Shown one piece after another: positions 51,661 through 64,000 of a stretch of DNA of 64,000 bases. The position numbers were made by a program, and so were the translations under genes. Source of the DNA: Carcharhinus longimanus (taxonomy: Eukaryota); the NCBI GenBank assembly GCA_030264375.1, contig JASCQW010000132.1, positions 48,540,234 through 48,604,233 on the forward strand, read 5' to 3'. The notes beneath the pieces were generated by a model that ran no database searches, had not been told where the DNA came from, and saw nothing but the letters and a program-made list of their open reading frames with translations. Position 1 is the first letter of the stretch, and the number at the start of each line of letters is the position of its first letter.

Positions 51661-52597
51661 TAAAAATACAGACAATGTGCAAAATAGTGCCGTTACCAAT
51701 CTTAAAGTCACCCTGGTTCAGTGGCACAGTGACACTGAATATTAGATCAGCCAGGACTTTAGATTGTTTACACATGTAGGTTTAACCCTTCTCCATCTAG
51801 TATCCAGTCACAATGCACTGTTATGAAAGACAGCAGAATCACAGCCAGCTTGCACTTGAAAAGCCAGGCAGATGAAAAAATACACAGTAAATTCAAACTG
51901 GAGAGAGGGGACATGGATTGAGAAGTTTGAAGCCAGCAAAATACTCCCATTGAAGAGAAGAGAAAAATAGCACTTCTGGGTTCTAGAATCCCACTCACCT
52001 CTGTTCCTATCACTTGGATCTGTGATCAACCATCGCGGGGGAAGACTTCTATTGTTCGGTACTTATCACATTTATAAAGAATATCATTATGGTTTTGCCA
52101 TGAATAGTGAAAGGCAGAAATCTTTCTCCTACATAGCAGTCTAAATTGCCTTAATTCTTGTAAGGTGATAAATCAACATTGTGGCTTTGGACTTACTTAA
52201 AGGTCTTTGTTTCAGAACAGGGGCAGAATTCATATCTCAGCTGTTTTCGGTTTTATTCAAACAAATAGAATTAAGGTGGAAGTGAGAGGGAGGAAGTGAA
52301 TGTTAAAAAAATCAATACTACAGTTTAGCGTCACTGAGGATGACTTTTCCCACACTACTTCCCACTTTTGGCTTTTGTAACTGTGCAATCAAATTAAATT
52401 CAGGATGAATGTTTAAGGTTAGAATTTCTCACATAATAACTTTGGCAAAAGATATCAAAAACCCCGGAGAAGCATGTCCAAACCTCAGCTGTCCAAATCC
52501 TGTCCACAGCTATCAGTCTGCTTCTCAATAACCTGTACTGACTTGCTATTCCTCTGCCTATTGGAATGCCTTCAACATGTTTGACGTGAGACTTTAA

Positions 52598-53015
52598 AAA
52601 TTTTTTTCATGAGATGTGATGTGGGCATTGTGGCAAGGCCAGCATTTGCTGCCCACCCCTGAGCTGAGTAGCTTGTTGGGCCATTTCAGAGTCAACCTGG
52701 GTCTGGAGTCAGCACATGCAGGCCAGACTGATTTGAATTGATTTATTATTGTCACATGTATTGGTACACAGTGAAAGTATTGTCTCTTGCCTGCTATACA
52801 GACAAAGCATACTGTTCATAGTAAGGGTGGCAGATTTCCTTCCCTAAAGGGCATTACTGAACCAGATGGAATTTATGACAATCGACAATGGTTTGAATCC
52901 CAGATTTCATTAATTAAACTTAAATTCCACCAGTCACTGTGGTGGGATTTGAATCCACGTCTCCAGAGCATTAGCTTGGGCCTCACGAATTTATAGTCCA
53001 GTGATGTTACCACTA
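52598..53015 (-). mobile_element. tRNA-derived SINE (same family as 57613-58160) with a Rex1-type tail inserted at ~52729-52823
   Basis: Reverse B box GGGATTTGAATCC, core CAGATTTCCTTCCCTAAAGG and tail GGCCAGCATTT. Confidence 0.65.
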
Positions 53016-55599
53016 CACTATCATTTTCCCAGATATTTGAATCCCTCCAAGAAAGAGGAAGATTTCTGCAACCTCCTCCTGCGCTATATCCCCTCTCGCA
53101 TCCTTCTGTCCTCTGACTGTGGCTCTTCTGCATCTTATCTCCCTCCTTTTGCTCCACACACAGTGACGGAGCTATTTGTGCCTCAGCTCTGTTTTCTGGA
53201 ACTCCTGTTATAACTTTTGCACATGTTGCTCTATTGTCAAAAATCTTAGCAAATCCCATCTTAACAATGAAACCTTCAGAGCCTTGTCCTAATTTTTCCC
53301 CCATAGTAAACTTGTTTCTTTATCATTTTTACCTCCCTCTCATGCCTTGGGACATTTTTGATGTTAAAGGTGATGCAGAAATTCAAGCTGTTAATTTTAA
53401 ATTTGAATTTAAAGGAAAAGAAATTTCATCTAGATGATGCCCACTGCTGTAAATGTGCAAATGCATCCATAAGTTGCGGCGAGGAAGAGGTATCCTATGA
53501 GTTATGAATTGCCATAAGTTCCTGGTCACTTTGCACTGCTCTGCCTTTAGCTTTGCAAAAACATCATAATCACACTTAATAATCTGCTGCATTTGCACAT
53601 TCATTACACATTAATCTCACCACTGAAAGCTAAGTCTAATAATCTTTATTTTTCCTTACTTTTCCTTTCTGGCTCTTCTTTCTTAACCTAATCTTTACTT
53701 TCCCTCTCCCCATTTCTCTTTGTGGACCTGACTTCGCATTGAATTCGCCCACTGAAATTCACCCCAATGTAGGTCTTTCCTCTGTTTACTATTCAATGCA
53801 TTAATCTCATTGGTGAAAGAAATGTATTGCTTATCCCAATGTTGACCAAGGTCCCGGATTTCTGATGCATCATTATCAGCTCACACTTCCAGGAACTTTG
53901 TGAGGTAAAATTTTTAAAAACAAATGTGTACAAACCAATCTAATGAATAGGGCACTTGAGATACCTTGTTCCAGCAAAATCTGCCCCAATACATTCGCAC
54001 CACAAGTTTAACATTAATGTGAAGTGGTTTTGGTTTCATAGCAACACTTGTATTTATGTAATACAAAGCGGATGTCAACACCCGAACTTCACTTCACTTT
54101 GGTGCTAGGTTAAGTTTTGAATCTTGAAGAAGGCTGCAATCATGCTGTTACTTACAATGTGATGAGATGTGAAGCTACTTTGTACTGACCCCACAATTTA
54201 AATGTGAATACGTTAAATTATACAATGTCAGAACTTTCTGAAAACAGCAATAAAGAAAATATTACTGAGATGCTACGAGTTAATTTAGACTGGAGAGGCA
54301 GGATAGGTTAAGAACAGTAGGGGTGGGTTTAGATATCTGTCAGTCATTCTGAAAAAAAATCAGTGAACAATATCAAAATCTGGTAAACTTTCACAGAAAA
54401 TTAATAAAAGGAATCTTAACCGCTGTGACTGCTAGAAATCCAAAATAAGGCAACCTTCGCAGTTGTTCCCAGTTACTTTTAGCAGTTTACTAACTGACGT
54501 GTGTGATGATAGAAATCCCTCTGCGTAAGTCTGCACTGTGTGGGCTTTGTGGGAATGCATCTGAGTTGTAACTTCCTTGTCTCATGTATCTGAAGGTGTA
54601 TCACATGAAAGAGACACCTCGCCCCCAGACTAGTGAGCCGCACTAAAGAGAATGTGCCCACACACACTTGGTTAGAAATAGTAAAAGTCAAAATAAAGGT
54701 CTAACTCTGAATTACTGCCTTAGTTTTTTTGTTAAGGATAAGGTTCTATTTCATATTGAATTAATTAAAATCTCAAATAGTGCAAATCTAGCTTGTTGGA
54801 TAACCGCTTTCACTTTGTAAAGTTCTTCATTTGTTCTTTTAAAATGAATGGAAACTGATTGAGATCGAAAGTTAAAAATATAAGATCTGGCATATGCTGT
54901 TCCCAATTTCTTTTTAATTTTAAATTGAACTATTCCTTTGCTGTGTGATTTTTCATTGCAGCTGCAGGAGAAAGGACTACTAAAGTATTGCTGAAGTTCT
55001 TTTTCTGTCTGTGTATGAGATCCATGTACAATTTTGAACTGGAATTCAACACATTTATAAAACAGGCTTTGTTTGTTTAAAGGGAACTGTTCAGAAGCAG
55101 CTCCATGTTAAGCAAATCACTGCATTTGGCACTATGTAGTTCTCAATTGTGGTTGTTTTATATTGAGTATTTAACAGTTGTGGGTATTTTATAGTCAATA
55201 TAGTGGTGTAAAATGAAACAACATTACCCTCTCATTCCATACAAACCCAAGGAAAGTAAGTAAATTATTTGCCATAATATAAATGTATAGGTTGTCACAA
55301 AAATTATCGGTCAGCATTTTTAGGTCCTGCCAGCAGCAGCAACGGAGCTTGAAAGTATGGAAATCCCAGTGTTGCCAGAGTGTCGCTATCTAATTTCTAA
55401 TATAGATTCACCAGAATGAGGAGGAGGCTGGCCCAGAGAACCCCTGATCAGTTAGTAAGTGCAATCAATGGTCTGCCCTCTGGAAATTGTGGTTTGTGAT
55501 TGCTGGTGGATGTGTTTCCCACCCCCGAAGGAAGATCAGGACCAGAGTGTACGCATTAACATATATGAGACTGAGTTTCGAAAATTTCCAAAATAGGTA

Positions 55600-56550
55600 G
55601 CAATTACTCAATGTCAGATTAGGCAGTCCCACAGGGTTGAGGATGACTTGCTCCCGCACTAACAATGAGTTCTCAGGTGACTGAGGAGCCCAATGCGTGA
55701 CCTACAGTCTCTGTCACAGGTGGGACAGACGGTGGTTGGAGGAGTGAATGGATAAGGTGCCGGAGTTGCCACGTGCTCCTTTCGCTGTTGACACTTAGCT
55801 TCAACTTGGTCTCAGCAACGAAACGCAAGGTGTTCAGTTCCTTCCTGGAAGCTTTTCCTCCACTTCAAGCAGTCTTAGGACAGGGATTCCCAAGTGTCAG
55901 TAGGGATGTTTCACTTTTTCAGGGAGGATTTGAGGGTGTTTTTGAAGTGTTTCCTCTGCTTTCCTGGGGCTGGCTTGCCGTATCAAAGTGCCGAATACAG
56001 CGCTTGTTTCGGGATTTTTGTCAGACGTGAACAATATGGCCCACCCAACGGGTTGAAAGTTGGTGATGTTGGCCTGAGTGAGAACACTGATACTGATGTG
56101 TCTATCCTGCCAATGGATTTGTAGGATCTTGTGGCGGCTGCGCTGCTGGTATTTTTCCAGGGTTTTGAGGTGCCTGCTGTACATAGTATCTTGTAAATAT
56201 CTCATGCCTCTGAACCATATAGGAGGATGGGTATCCCAACTGCTGTGTAGACCATGAGCTTGGTGCTGGGTCTTCAAATGCTTTGAATGGGATTTTATCG
56301 CTTTACTCGACCCAAGACCGGAAAATCCCAGCTGAGGTCAACAAACATTTCTATTGTCCGCCCCTTGCCCACTCTAATTCCGTGGCAGGAGAGGTGGTAG
56401 AATACCGGGGTCTCATCAGGTGACCAAAGCTGCACTGACATACTGAAAACGGTTTGGAACCTCATTCTCAATATTTGCCCTTGTTGACAGTAGGCTTCCA
56501 AGGTAAGGAAAGTGGCCTACATTGTCCAGGATTTTAATAACTGGCATGCC
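55600..56550 (-). mobile_element. RTE (BovB-like) LINE 3' fragment split by a MITE (~56283-56412)
   Basis: LDNVGHFPYLGSLLSTRANIENEV and TMYSRHLKTLEKYQQR..KILQIHWQDR are typical RTE C-terminal blocks. Confidence 0.8.
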
Positions 56551-56875
56551 GTGCCAACTGAGGGGGNNNNNNNNNNCTGCCAGCCTCTCTGTTCTTGAAG
56601 AGCACCTATCCATTTATAGCTAGCAGTGAGGTGGGACCTTGGGAGCTTGAGCAGTAGGTGGTTTTGACTGTGTGAAAGAAACTTCCTGCATCATGATTGT
56701 CAGTTAACTGCTGAATGTCTTGCACTTTCTCCACCCACCATCTGCTCTTTAGGTCATGGGTTTTTTTTGCTGGGTCTCAGCCTTCAACTGATTGTCAAAC
56801 TTTTTTTTTGTTCTTGAGTTGATTTGCTGTTTCAGGTTCAGGAAAACCTTGCGCTTGTAATTCATTAGCTTCTGG

Positions 56876-57188
56876 TCATAGAATCATAGAACTCATCAGT
56901 GCAGAAGTAGGTCATTTGGCCCATTTGAGTCTGCACCAACCAGGCCCTATCCTAATAACCCCATGTATTTACCCTAGCTAGTCACCCTGACACTAAGGGG
57001 CAATTTAGCATGGCCAATCCACCTAACCTGCATATCTTTAGACTGTGGGAGGAAGCCAGAACACCTGGAGGAAACACATGCAGACATGGGGAGAATGTGC
57101 AAACTCCACACAGTCACCTGAGACTGGAATTGAACCCGGGTCCCGGGTTGTGAGGCAGCAGTGCTACTCACTATGCCACCATGCTGCT
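56876..57188 (-). mobile_element. HE1-like V-SINE
   Basis: Full reverse copy with (CATAGAAT)n tail. Confidence 0.88.
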
Positions 57189-57189
57189 C

Positions 57190-57578
57190 ATTCTATATAC
57201 ACTGGTCTCCACACTCTTTATATCCCACTCTCCTCACAAAGGCTCACTCTTTATGTACCACTCTCCTCACTGAAGTCTCAGTCCTTATACACTGTTCTCC
57301 TTGCTGAATTATCGTTCTTTATACAACACTCTCCTCACTGAGTTCTCACTGTTTATACCCAACTCTCTTCGCTGAAATCTTGCTCTTTATCCCCCATTCT
57401 CCTCACTGAAGTCTCGCTCTTTATACACTGCTGTCCTAGCTGAAGATTCGCTCTTAATACACCAGTCTCCTTGCTGAAGTCTCATTCTTTATCCCCCATT
57501 CCCCTCACTGAAGTCTCATTCTTAAACCCTGCTCTCCTTACTGAAGTCTCGTTCTTTGCACACTGCTCTCTTTGTTAA
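57190..57578. repeat. Degenerate 34-bp minisatellite, about 11-12 units
   Basis: Unit approximately CTCTTTATACACCACTCTCCTCACTGAAGTCTCR. Confidence 0.85.
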
Positions 57579-57612
57579 ATTAATGTAAAGAATTGCACAT
57601 ACCATTAACACT

Positions 57613-58162
57613 GGGGAGACAATGGCCTAGTGGTATCATTACTAGACTATTAATCCAGAAACTGAGCTAATGCTGTGGGGACAAGGGTTCAAATCCTATC
57701 NNNNNNNNNNNNNNNNNNNNNNNNNNNNNNNNNNNNNNNNNNNNNNNNNNNNNNNNNNNNNNNNNNNNNNNNNNNNNNNNNNNNNNNNNNNNNNNNNNNN
57801 GACAATGGCCTAGTGGTATCATTACTAGACTATTAATCCAGAAACTTAGCTAATGCTGTGGGGACAAGGGTTCAAATCCTATCAAGGCATATGGTGGAAT
57901 TTGAATTCAATCAAAAAATATCTGGAATTCAGAATCTACTGATGATCATAAAACCATTGTCAATTGTAGGAAAAAAACCATCTGGTTTACTGATGTCCTT
58001 TAGGGAAGAAAATCTGCCGTGATTACCTCGTGCGTCTTGCATGTGACTCCAAAGCCACAGCAATGTGGTTGACTCTCAACTGCCCTCGAAGGGCAATTAG
58101 GGTTGGGCAATAAATGCTGGCCAGCCAACGACACCCATGGCCCACAAATGAATAAAAAAAAG
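57613..58162 (+). mobile_element. tRNA-derived SINE sharing its 3' tail with the 41770-43790 LINE family; head duplicated across a gap
   Basis: A box TGGCCTAGTGG, B box GGTTCAAATCC, and tail AAGGGCAATTAGGGTTGGGCAATAAATGCTGGCCAGCC plus A-tract. Confidence 0.7.
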
Positions 58163-59916
58163 CTGGGTTTTACATTTCTTGATGGAATGAGGGAGGAGGA
58201 GTGGAAGGCAAATAGTCTGCTTTTACCCCCCATCCCTGTCTTGTTTTGGCAAATCAAACACCAGGTGGTCAATTAATGTGTATCTGATGAAATGCAGCCA
58301 ATGAGCAGTGCCAGAGGTGGTCTGCACAAATTACAAGGCTAGGCCAGGACATAAAAGCATTGTAAACTGTGAGGAGGGAAGATAGTGTAGAACTTCAAAA
58401 GGACATTGACAAGTTGGAGGAGTGGATAGGTAGATACGGATAGAGTTCAATGTGGAGAAGTGTGAGGTGGTGCCAATGCAGACACAATGGGCCAAATGGC
58501 CTCCTCCTGCACCATAACAATTGTTTGATCTTACAGCTGAGGAGTTACGCTGTTAATAGCATGTTGACCATGGTTACAAATTTAAAGGTCCATGCTCTCT
58601 CAATCCTTGTTTATCTATTATATCAGGCCCCAAAATGTTTTAAAATAAAGAGTTAAAAGGAGATACAGATGCTGCCGCTTTCACCTGTGGAATCTGCTGA
58701 TCCATGCATAAGCCTTTTTTTCCACCCTTGTGCCACCTTTAGCACTCCTAAACTTTTTCCTATCCAATGCCCAAAAACTGCAGCAGGGAATAAAAAAATC
58801 ACATTCAAAAGGCTTTTTAAACAAGTTCAGTAGTCTGTTAATTAAATAATTTTTAATGACGAGTGTGTTTCCAATTTCGGTACCCGATCACCTTCCAAAA
58901 GGACCGTGACCGATGTGATGACATTGTATTTTTATGTTCACTCAGGGGTGCAGACTGCTCTATTACCTGCTGTAAAATCCAGTCTGTTATGTCAAAATTC
59001 AAATTAACAGCTTCACAATGTGCTTTTCCCACCTTCCCAAAACTATCTTTCAGAAGTTAAAGGGATTGTTGAATAAATAATGTAAAAAGGTGTTGAAAAA
59101 AATCTAAAAGGCTTTTGATAGCAAATTATGTCTTGCTCACATTTTTTGGATTGTGTGATAAATTTAACAAGATAATTCACATTTGTACCGTGGACTGAAA
59201 CATTTTCTTCTTGTTTCATCCACAATTTTATCCATTGATTAAATCCAAAGGGAGCTTACTGTAGATTATCTCAGTGACATAGCTTAACTACAGCTTCAGT
59301 GCATCTTCAACTGCACCTGTGACTTTTCTGTTTTTCACAACAGTAATTTTTGCGTCCTCTGAATGCAGGCTTTATGTTGCACTATGTACAATAATACCTT
59401 AACATTTCTTTTACTATGCTGGTGTCTTCAAGATTTTGAAGATGTTATTTACCAGTCAGTGGCAACTTTAAAAAGCTCTGGTAACTATTATGCTAGTTAA
59501 AACTGTCATCTGGAAAACTGAGCAATCGGCAAGGGCATAGTCTCAGTCCTGGTAAATCCATTTTTCTACCAGAGTAAAATGATGCCCTTCCAATGCTTTT
59601 CCAGTGCTGGGAGCCAGATCATTGTGAGACTTGCCCCCTGGATGAGCTTGCTTAGATGTTCACTCCATGAGAACAGTCACTGGCCTTCACCTTAAGACTC
59701 CCTTTATTGCTATCTGCACCATAGCCCAAAGTGACAGTTCCGATTCTGTTCCCACACTAAGGCAGACTTTTGTCTGTTTTCATAGATAGTAATTTGTGGA
59801 ACAGTTTACTAGGGGCTTATAGATTGAAGGGCACTGTTCTATATAAAGCGTAGCTGGCCGATAATCTCTCCCGCTTTTACCACCAGCCATTAGTATGTTT
59901 GGAAAGATTTTCAAAT

Positions 59917-60572
59917 GGTGGCACAGTAGTTAGCACTGCTGCCTCACAGTGCCAGGGACTCGGGTTCGATTCTGGCCTTCAGTGACTGAATGAGTTTGCA
60001 TGTTCTCCCTGTTTCTGCATGGAATTCCTCTGGGTGCTCCAGTTTCCTCCCAGAGTCCAAAGATGCACAAGAGGTTATTGCAGAAGGTCGGGGGGCATGG
60101 AGTTGGGGGTAGGGTGTTAGCGTGGATAGAGGATTGGCTGTCAAATAGGAGGCAGAGAGTGGGGGTCNNNNNNNNNNNNNNNNNNNNNNNNNNNNNNNNN
60201 NNNNNNNNNNNNNNNNNNNNNNNNNNNNNNNNNNNNNNNNNNNNNNNNNNNNNNNNNNNNNNNNNNNGTGGAACTGAGCCACGACAGATCAGCCATGATC
60301 TTATTGAATGGCGGGGCAGGCTCGAGGGGCTAGATGGCCTACTCATGCTCCTATTTCTTATGTTCTTATATTATGTGCAGGTTAGATGGATTGTCAATGT
60401 TAAATTGCCCCTTAGTATCCAAAGCTGTGTAGGTTAGATGGATTAGCCATGAGAAATGTGTGAGATTATGAGAATAGGGCAAGGATAGGTCTGGATAAGA
60501 TACTCTGTCAGGGAGTCTGTGCAGACTCAATGGGCCAAATGGCCTCTTCTGCACTGTATAGATTCTATGATT
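59917..60572 (+). mobile_element. HE1-like V-SINE interrupted by a CR1 insertion (~60066-60370, spans a gap)
   Basis: The SINE breaks at CCAAAGATG and resumes at ATGTGCAGGTTAG. The insert encodes HKRLLQKV..HGVGGRVLAWIEDWLSNRRQRVG and ends in a CR1 tail. Confidence 0.85.
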
Positions 60573-62554
60573 TGCAGGTTGATACTCAACCTGTTTGATG
60601 GCCAACCCCAGCTCCCTTGACCATCAGGTCCTGGGGTGGGAATCGAACCCAGAGCTTTTGTCTCAGGGCAGGGCCGCTACCCACTGCGCCACAAGACCTC
60701 CACAAAGTAATTTAGGGGAGAAATCCACACAGGCAGTGACCCAAGCCAGGAATCAAACCCAGCTCTCTGGCACTGGAAGGCAACTAACCATTGTGCCACT
60801 GTGCCACCCCCTAGTTGGGAAAGGGTTAAATAATTTTAAGTTTAAAGTTTATTTAATTTAAGCAGATTGGCTCATTAGTTAATCAGTCTTCTTCGATTTC
60901 ACTATATCCAGTAGTCCTGTAGTAAATTACATATTGTGAAGTAGGGCTGATACGAATTAGTTGAATCCAAATATAGATTTGGATTCTTCTTGGAAGGTTG
61001 AGAAGTAAATCTAAGTAGCAATTTGAATTTGGACTTCAACAATCCAGTTGGCTGGCACATAACTTTTTAAGGTCTTACCCATTATAGCAATTGTATTAAA
61101 AAGGCAGTAGTTACTCAAATCTGAACTAATTACATTTATGCAATTTTGCTTAAAATGAGTAGATCATAATGGAACCCGTTCAGAACAAGAGGCAGATTGC
61201 TTTGATATTACCCATTTAGCGAAGATTTGGTCGTGATTTTTGTTTTCAATTTTTATCTTTCGATTTTGAAACTTTGAAAACTGGATTTCATTTCCTTGAA
61301 ATGTAGACCATTTCCCATTTAAAAACATGTCATCTTGTATATTGCCTCTTCATCAAAGTGCCAAATGACAGTAAAACGCAAGAAGCAAATAGTCAGTGGC
61401 ATGAATAGTTACGACTTTTCAGGTCCTGTTGTATCCCCCAGATGCATGTTAAAATCATACTGGAGAAATACAGGTCTCAATAAATATTGTTTCATCAAAG
61501 TGCTAGCTTTCAGGATATAAAAAATTAACTGAGGCCCAGTGGAGATTATAAATCAACCCTTAATCAAACATTTGTAGGTGGCTCATATGGTTTTGCCATA
61601 ATACTATCAACCATTTTAGAATACTGTGGAAACATTCAGAACCAGCTACATTTCTCAAACCACACTAAATCATTTCTCAGTGTTGAGAATCTGGGATCTG
61701 ATATTCCGATAAGGTTTTAAAGCCTAAAACGTTGTGATACCCGAAAAAAATTAAAATAATAGTATGTGAAGTATGCCATTGGGGCATGTTAACTTTATGT
61801 ATGGCCCCATTGTAATAAATCTACTAATTCAAAAGGCATCTTGTTAATTTTAACAGGTAGATAGATAATTATTACCAAATTCTTAGGAACTGAGCTTGGA
61901 TAGTAACTGTGGTCTTCTGAAATATTGCTTTTAGTTTTTTATTCTAATCAGGGTTACATTTGTATTTTAAAATACAGCTGCTTGAGTTATTAGATTTGAA
62001 CCTTCTCACGTCCCCTGTAAAATTAAACTGTATTTTTTTTAGTTTAGATGCATATTCAATCTAATTTTAAATCGGCTGTAACATTAGCTTGATAATATTG
62101 GTTTAAAAATGATAGAATTATTGTCAGCTAATTAACTATCTCTCTGCAGGTGCATACATTTTCCCGTGCAATTAAAGTTCTAGCTTTTAAAAAAAGAACA
62201 CTCAAGACAGACACTGAGGCTGCTGCACCTAGTTTTATAATGTTCCTCATTAAAAACAGGAGCAAGTATTCATCTCAAACCTGAGGTAGACAAGCCCCAG
62301 TTCCTTAAGAATAGAATGAATAACAAAAATGAAGTACTTTAAATCTCATGCCATTAATATTTGGGAATTAGAACCATTTACTGGAACGACTGACATGACT
62401 AATTTATCACACCCACCTTTAGAATTCATTAAAATATTGACCAAACTTAGAAACTCCTTGTTTTTTAACCTTCAGCACCTGGGTTCTTTTCAGCATTTAA
62501 TATACAGGGAACCATTCGTTTGTCTTTATATGGGCCAGCTGTGAACACATCGAT

Positions 62555-62908
62555 CACGGTGGCACACTGGTTAGCGTTGCTGCCTCACAGCACCAGGGAC
62601 CCAGGTTCAATTCTGGTCTTGGGTTACTGTTCGTGTGGAGTTTGCACATTCTCCCCATGTCTATGTGGGTTTCCACTGGGTGCGCCAGTTTCCTCCCTTA
62701 GCACACAGACATGCAGGTTAGGTCTTCACTCATGATGAACTGCCCCTTTTTGTCTAAAGTGTATAAATTATGTTTAGCCATGGTGAATGTGTGAAGTTAC
62801 TGAGATAGAGAAGAGGGGAGGGCCTGGGTGGGATGCTCTTTCAGAGAGTTGATGCAGACTTGATAGGCCAAATGGCCTCTTCCTGCACTGCAGGGATTCT
62901 ATGGTTCT
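62555..62908 (+). mobile_element. HE1-like V-SINE
   Basis: Head, V-domain and tail GGGATTCTATGGTTCT. Confidence 0.85.
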
Positions 62909-63374
62909 TTGTCCTTAATGTCATTATACAATACATTTTATTTCTTTCTCTACTGCGTCCAATTTTGCCCTGCTTATTTTTGCCGTACTTTTTATTTGTC
63001 AGCACGTTAAATTTATTACATGATTGCCCTTTCCTTGGCAGAGGCAGGCAAGCTCATACTCATTTTATCTCGTGTGGATGAACTGTATGTACTTCAGTCA
63101 TCGCTTATCTGGACACAGTGACCAGATTTTTGCTTATCTCCAGCAGAATTCTCAGAACATGAGATTCATCGAATATGATTCTTTCTTTTTCGAGCAAATC
63201 TATTTTATATGTATGCAGTGATGAATTTACCCTGCATTCTTCAGTACTGTCAGCACTTGTAATGGCTACGGTGTCTACCGGCAGCCATCAGTTTGAACCC
63301 TTTTATGGTTTTAATAGTGCACACAGTACCAAACATGTTTTCTGTGCTGTTAATGTAAGTCACTAAAAGATGTT

Positions 63375-63981
63375 GGCCTGAATTTTGGAATCAGAGGTAA
63401 AGCAACAGCACATTCCATTCATCTCACTGACTGCTGTCCACAACATATTTACAGGGTTTTGAATGCAGACTAGCTCAGATCTGGTGAAGGGTTCTCGCCC
63501 AGTATGGGCATAGGAACTGAGATGTGTTCAGTTCCAGCTGTTTGCTGGCATGCAGATTCACCACCACCATCCCAATCCCTAGCCCTTTTTTGTGAAGGCT
63601 GGGTCGGGGGCAGAACAGTTAACTACCTACAAGTGATGGCAACTCACTAAGATAATTAAAAGGCCAATTAAGGCCATTGATCAGAGGTGACTGGAATTCC
63701 TCTCTACAATGCCTGCCCATCAGCTGTGGCCATTGTTTTCAAAAGTGCGGAGAAGCCATCTCAGTTTTGAAGCTCTCTCTCTCTCGCTCCCTTACCTGCT
63801 ATGGTAGGCTGCAGCTATTTTAGTGCTGGTGGGCCTCCTATTGGCCATCTGATTTTTGAGCCTACCAGTCATCCTTAATTGGATGGTGAGTATGCCCTTT
63901 AAGCTATTAATTGGCCAAACAAGGCAAATCCAATGTCAGGCTGTTGCTTCTGACAGTGAACGTGACTCAAAAATCAGGGCC
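63375..63981. mobile_element. Short-TIR non-autonomous element
   Basis: GGCCTGAATTTTG ... CAAAAATCAGGGCC. Confidence 0.45.
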
Positions 63982-64000
63982 TCAACCAAAACATAACAAC

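Larger units (their letters stand above)
35803..64000 (+). other. SATB1: SATB1 intron, runs off the window (>28 kb)
   Basis: The expected next exon (GWLCELLRWKEDP...) was not found by eye or in the ORF track. Confidence 0.8.

Noticed and set aside
57619-57883. 82-bp direct duplication around a 100-N gap (similar short overlap at 31788-31932)
   Set aside because: Near-identical sequence on both sides of a gap is typical of unmerged contig overlaps.
528-63366. Numerous 60-170 aa ORFs such as MVAQWLALLPHS...
   Set aside because: They are translations of SINE, LINE or MITE sequence or random intronic frames, with no coherent gene structure.
63481-63505. CTGGTGAAGGGTTCTCGCCC resembling a hammerhead start
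   Set aside because: No GAAA or stem I follows, and it sits inside a different TIR element; likely chance.

Overview
This is eukaryotic vertebrate DNA, most likely from a shark or other elasmobranch (inferred from HE1/V-type SINEs, SacSINE1-like Deu-SINEs and abundant CR1 LINEs). The window lies entirely inside a + strand SATB1 gene. Four coding exons splice in frame (<1-108, 10478-10941, 28897-29106, 35647-35802). They encode the end of the CUTL domain, the linker, CUT1 and the first half of CUT2; the next exon (GWLCELL...) was not seen, so the last intron exceeds 28 kb. The introns are dense with decayed and nested mobile elements: V-SINEs, Deu-SINEs, a second tRNA-SINE/LINE pair, CR1, L2, Rex1/Babar and RTE LINE fragments, and many short-TIR non-autonomous elements with a decayed PIF/Harbinger-like Myb/SANT relic. 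The most interesting items are: (i) short Penelope-like insertions with target-site duplications that carry recognisable but mutated minimal hammerhead-ribozyme folds, one as a head-to-head palindrome; (ii) Glu in place of the Asp of the mammalian caspase-6 site (VEMD becomes AEME); (iii) local inverted or templated duplications, including a 101-bp near-perfect palindrome; and (iv) candidate CTCF and p53/p63 motifs in unique intronic DNA. Almost all other ORFs in the track are repeat-derived or spurious. Repeat boundaries are approximate, and family names come from recognition rather than database searches.
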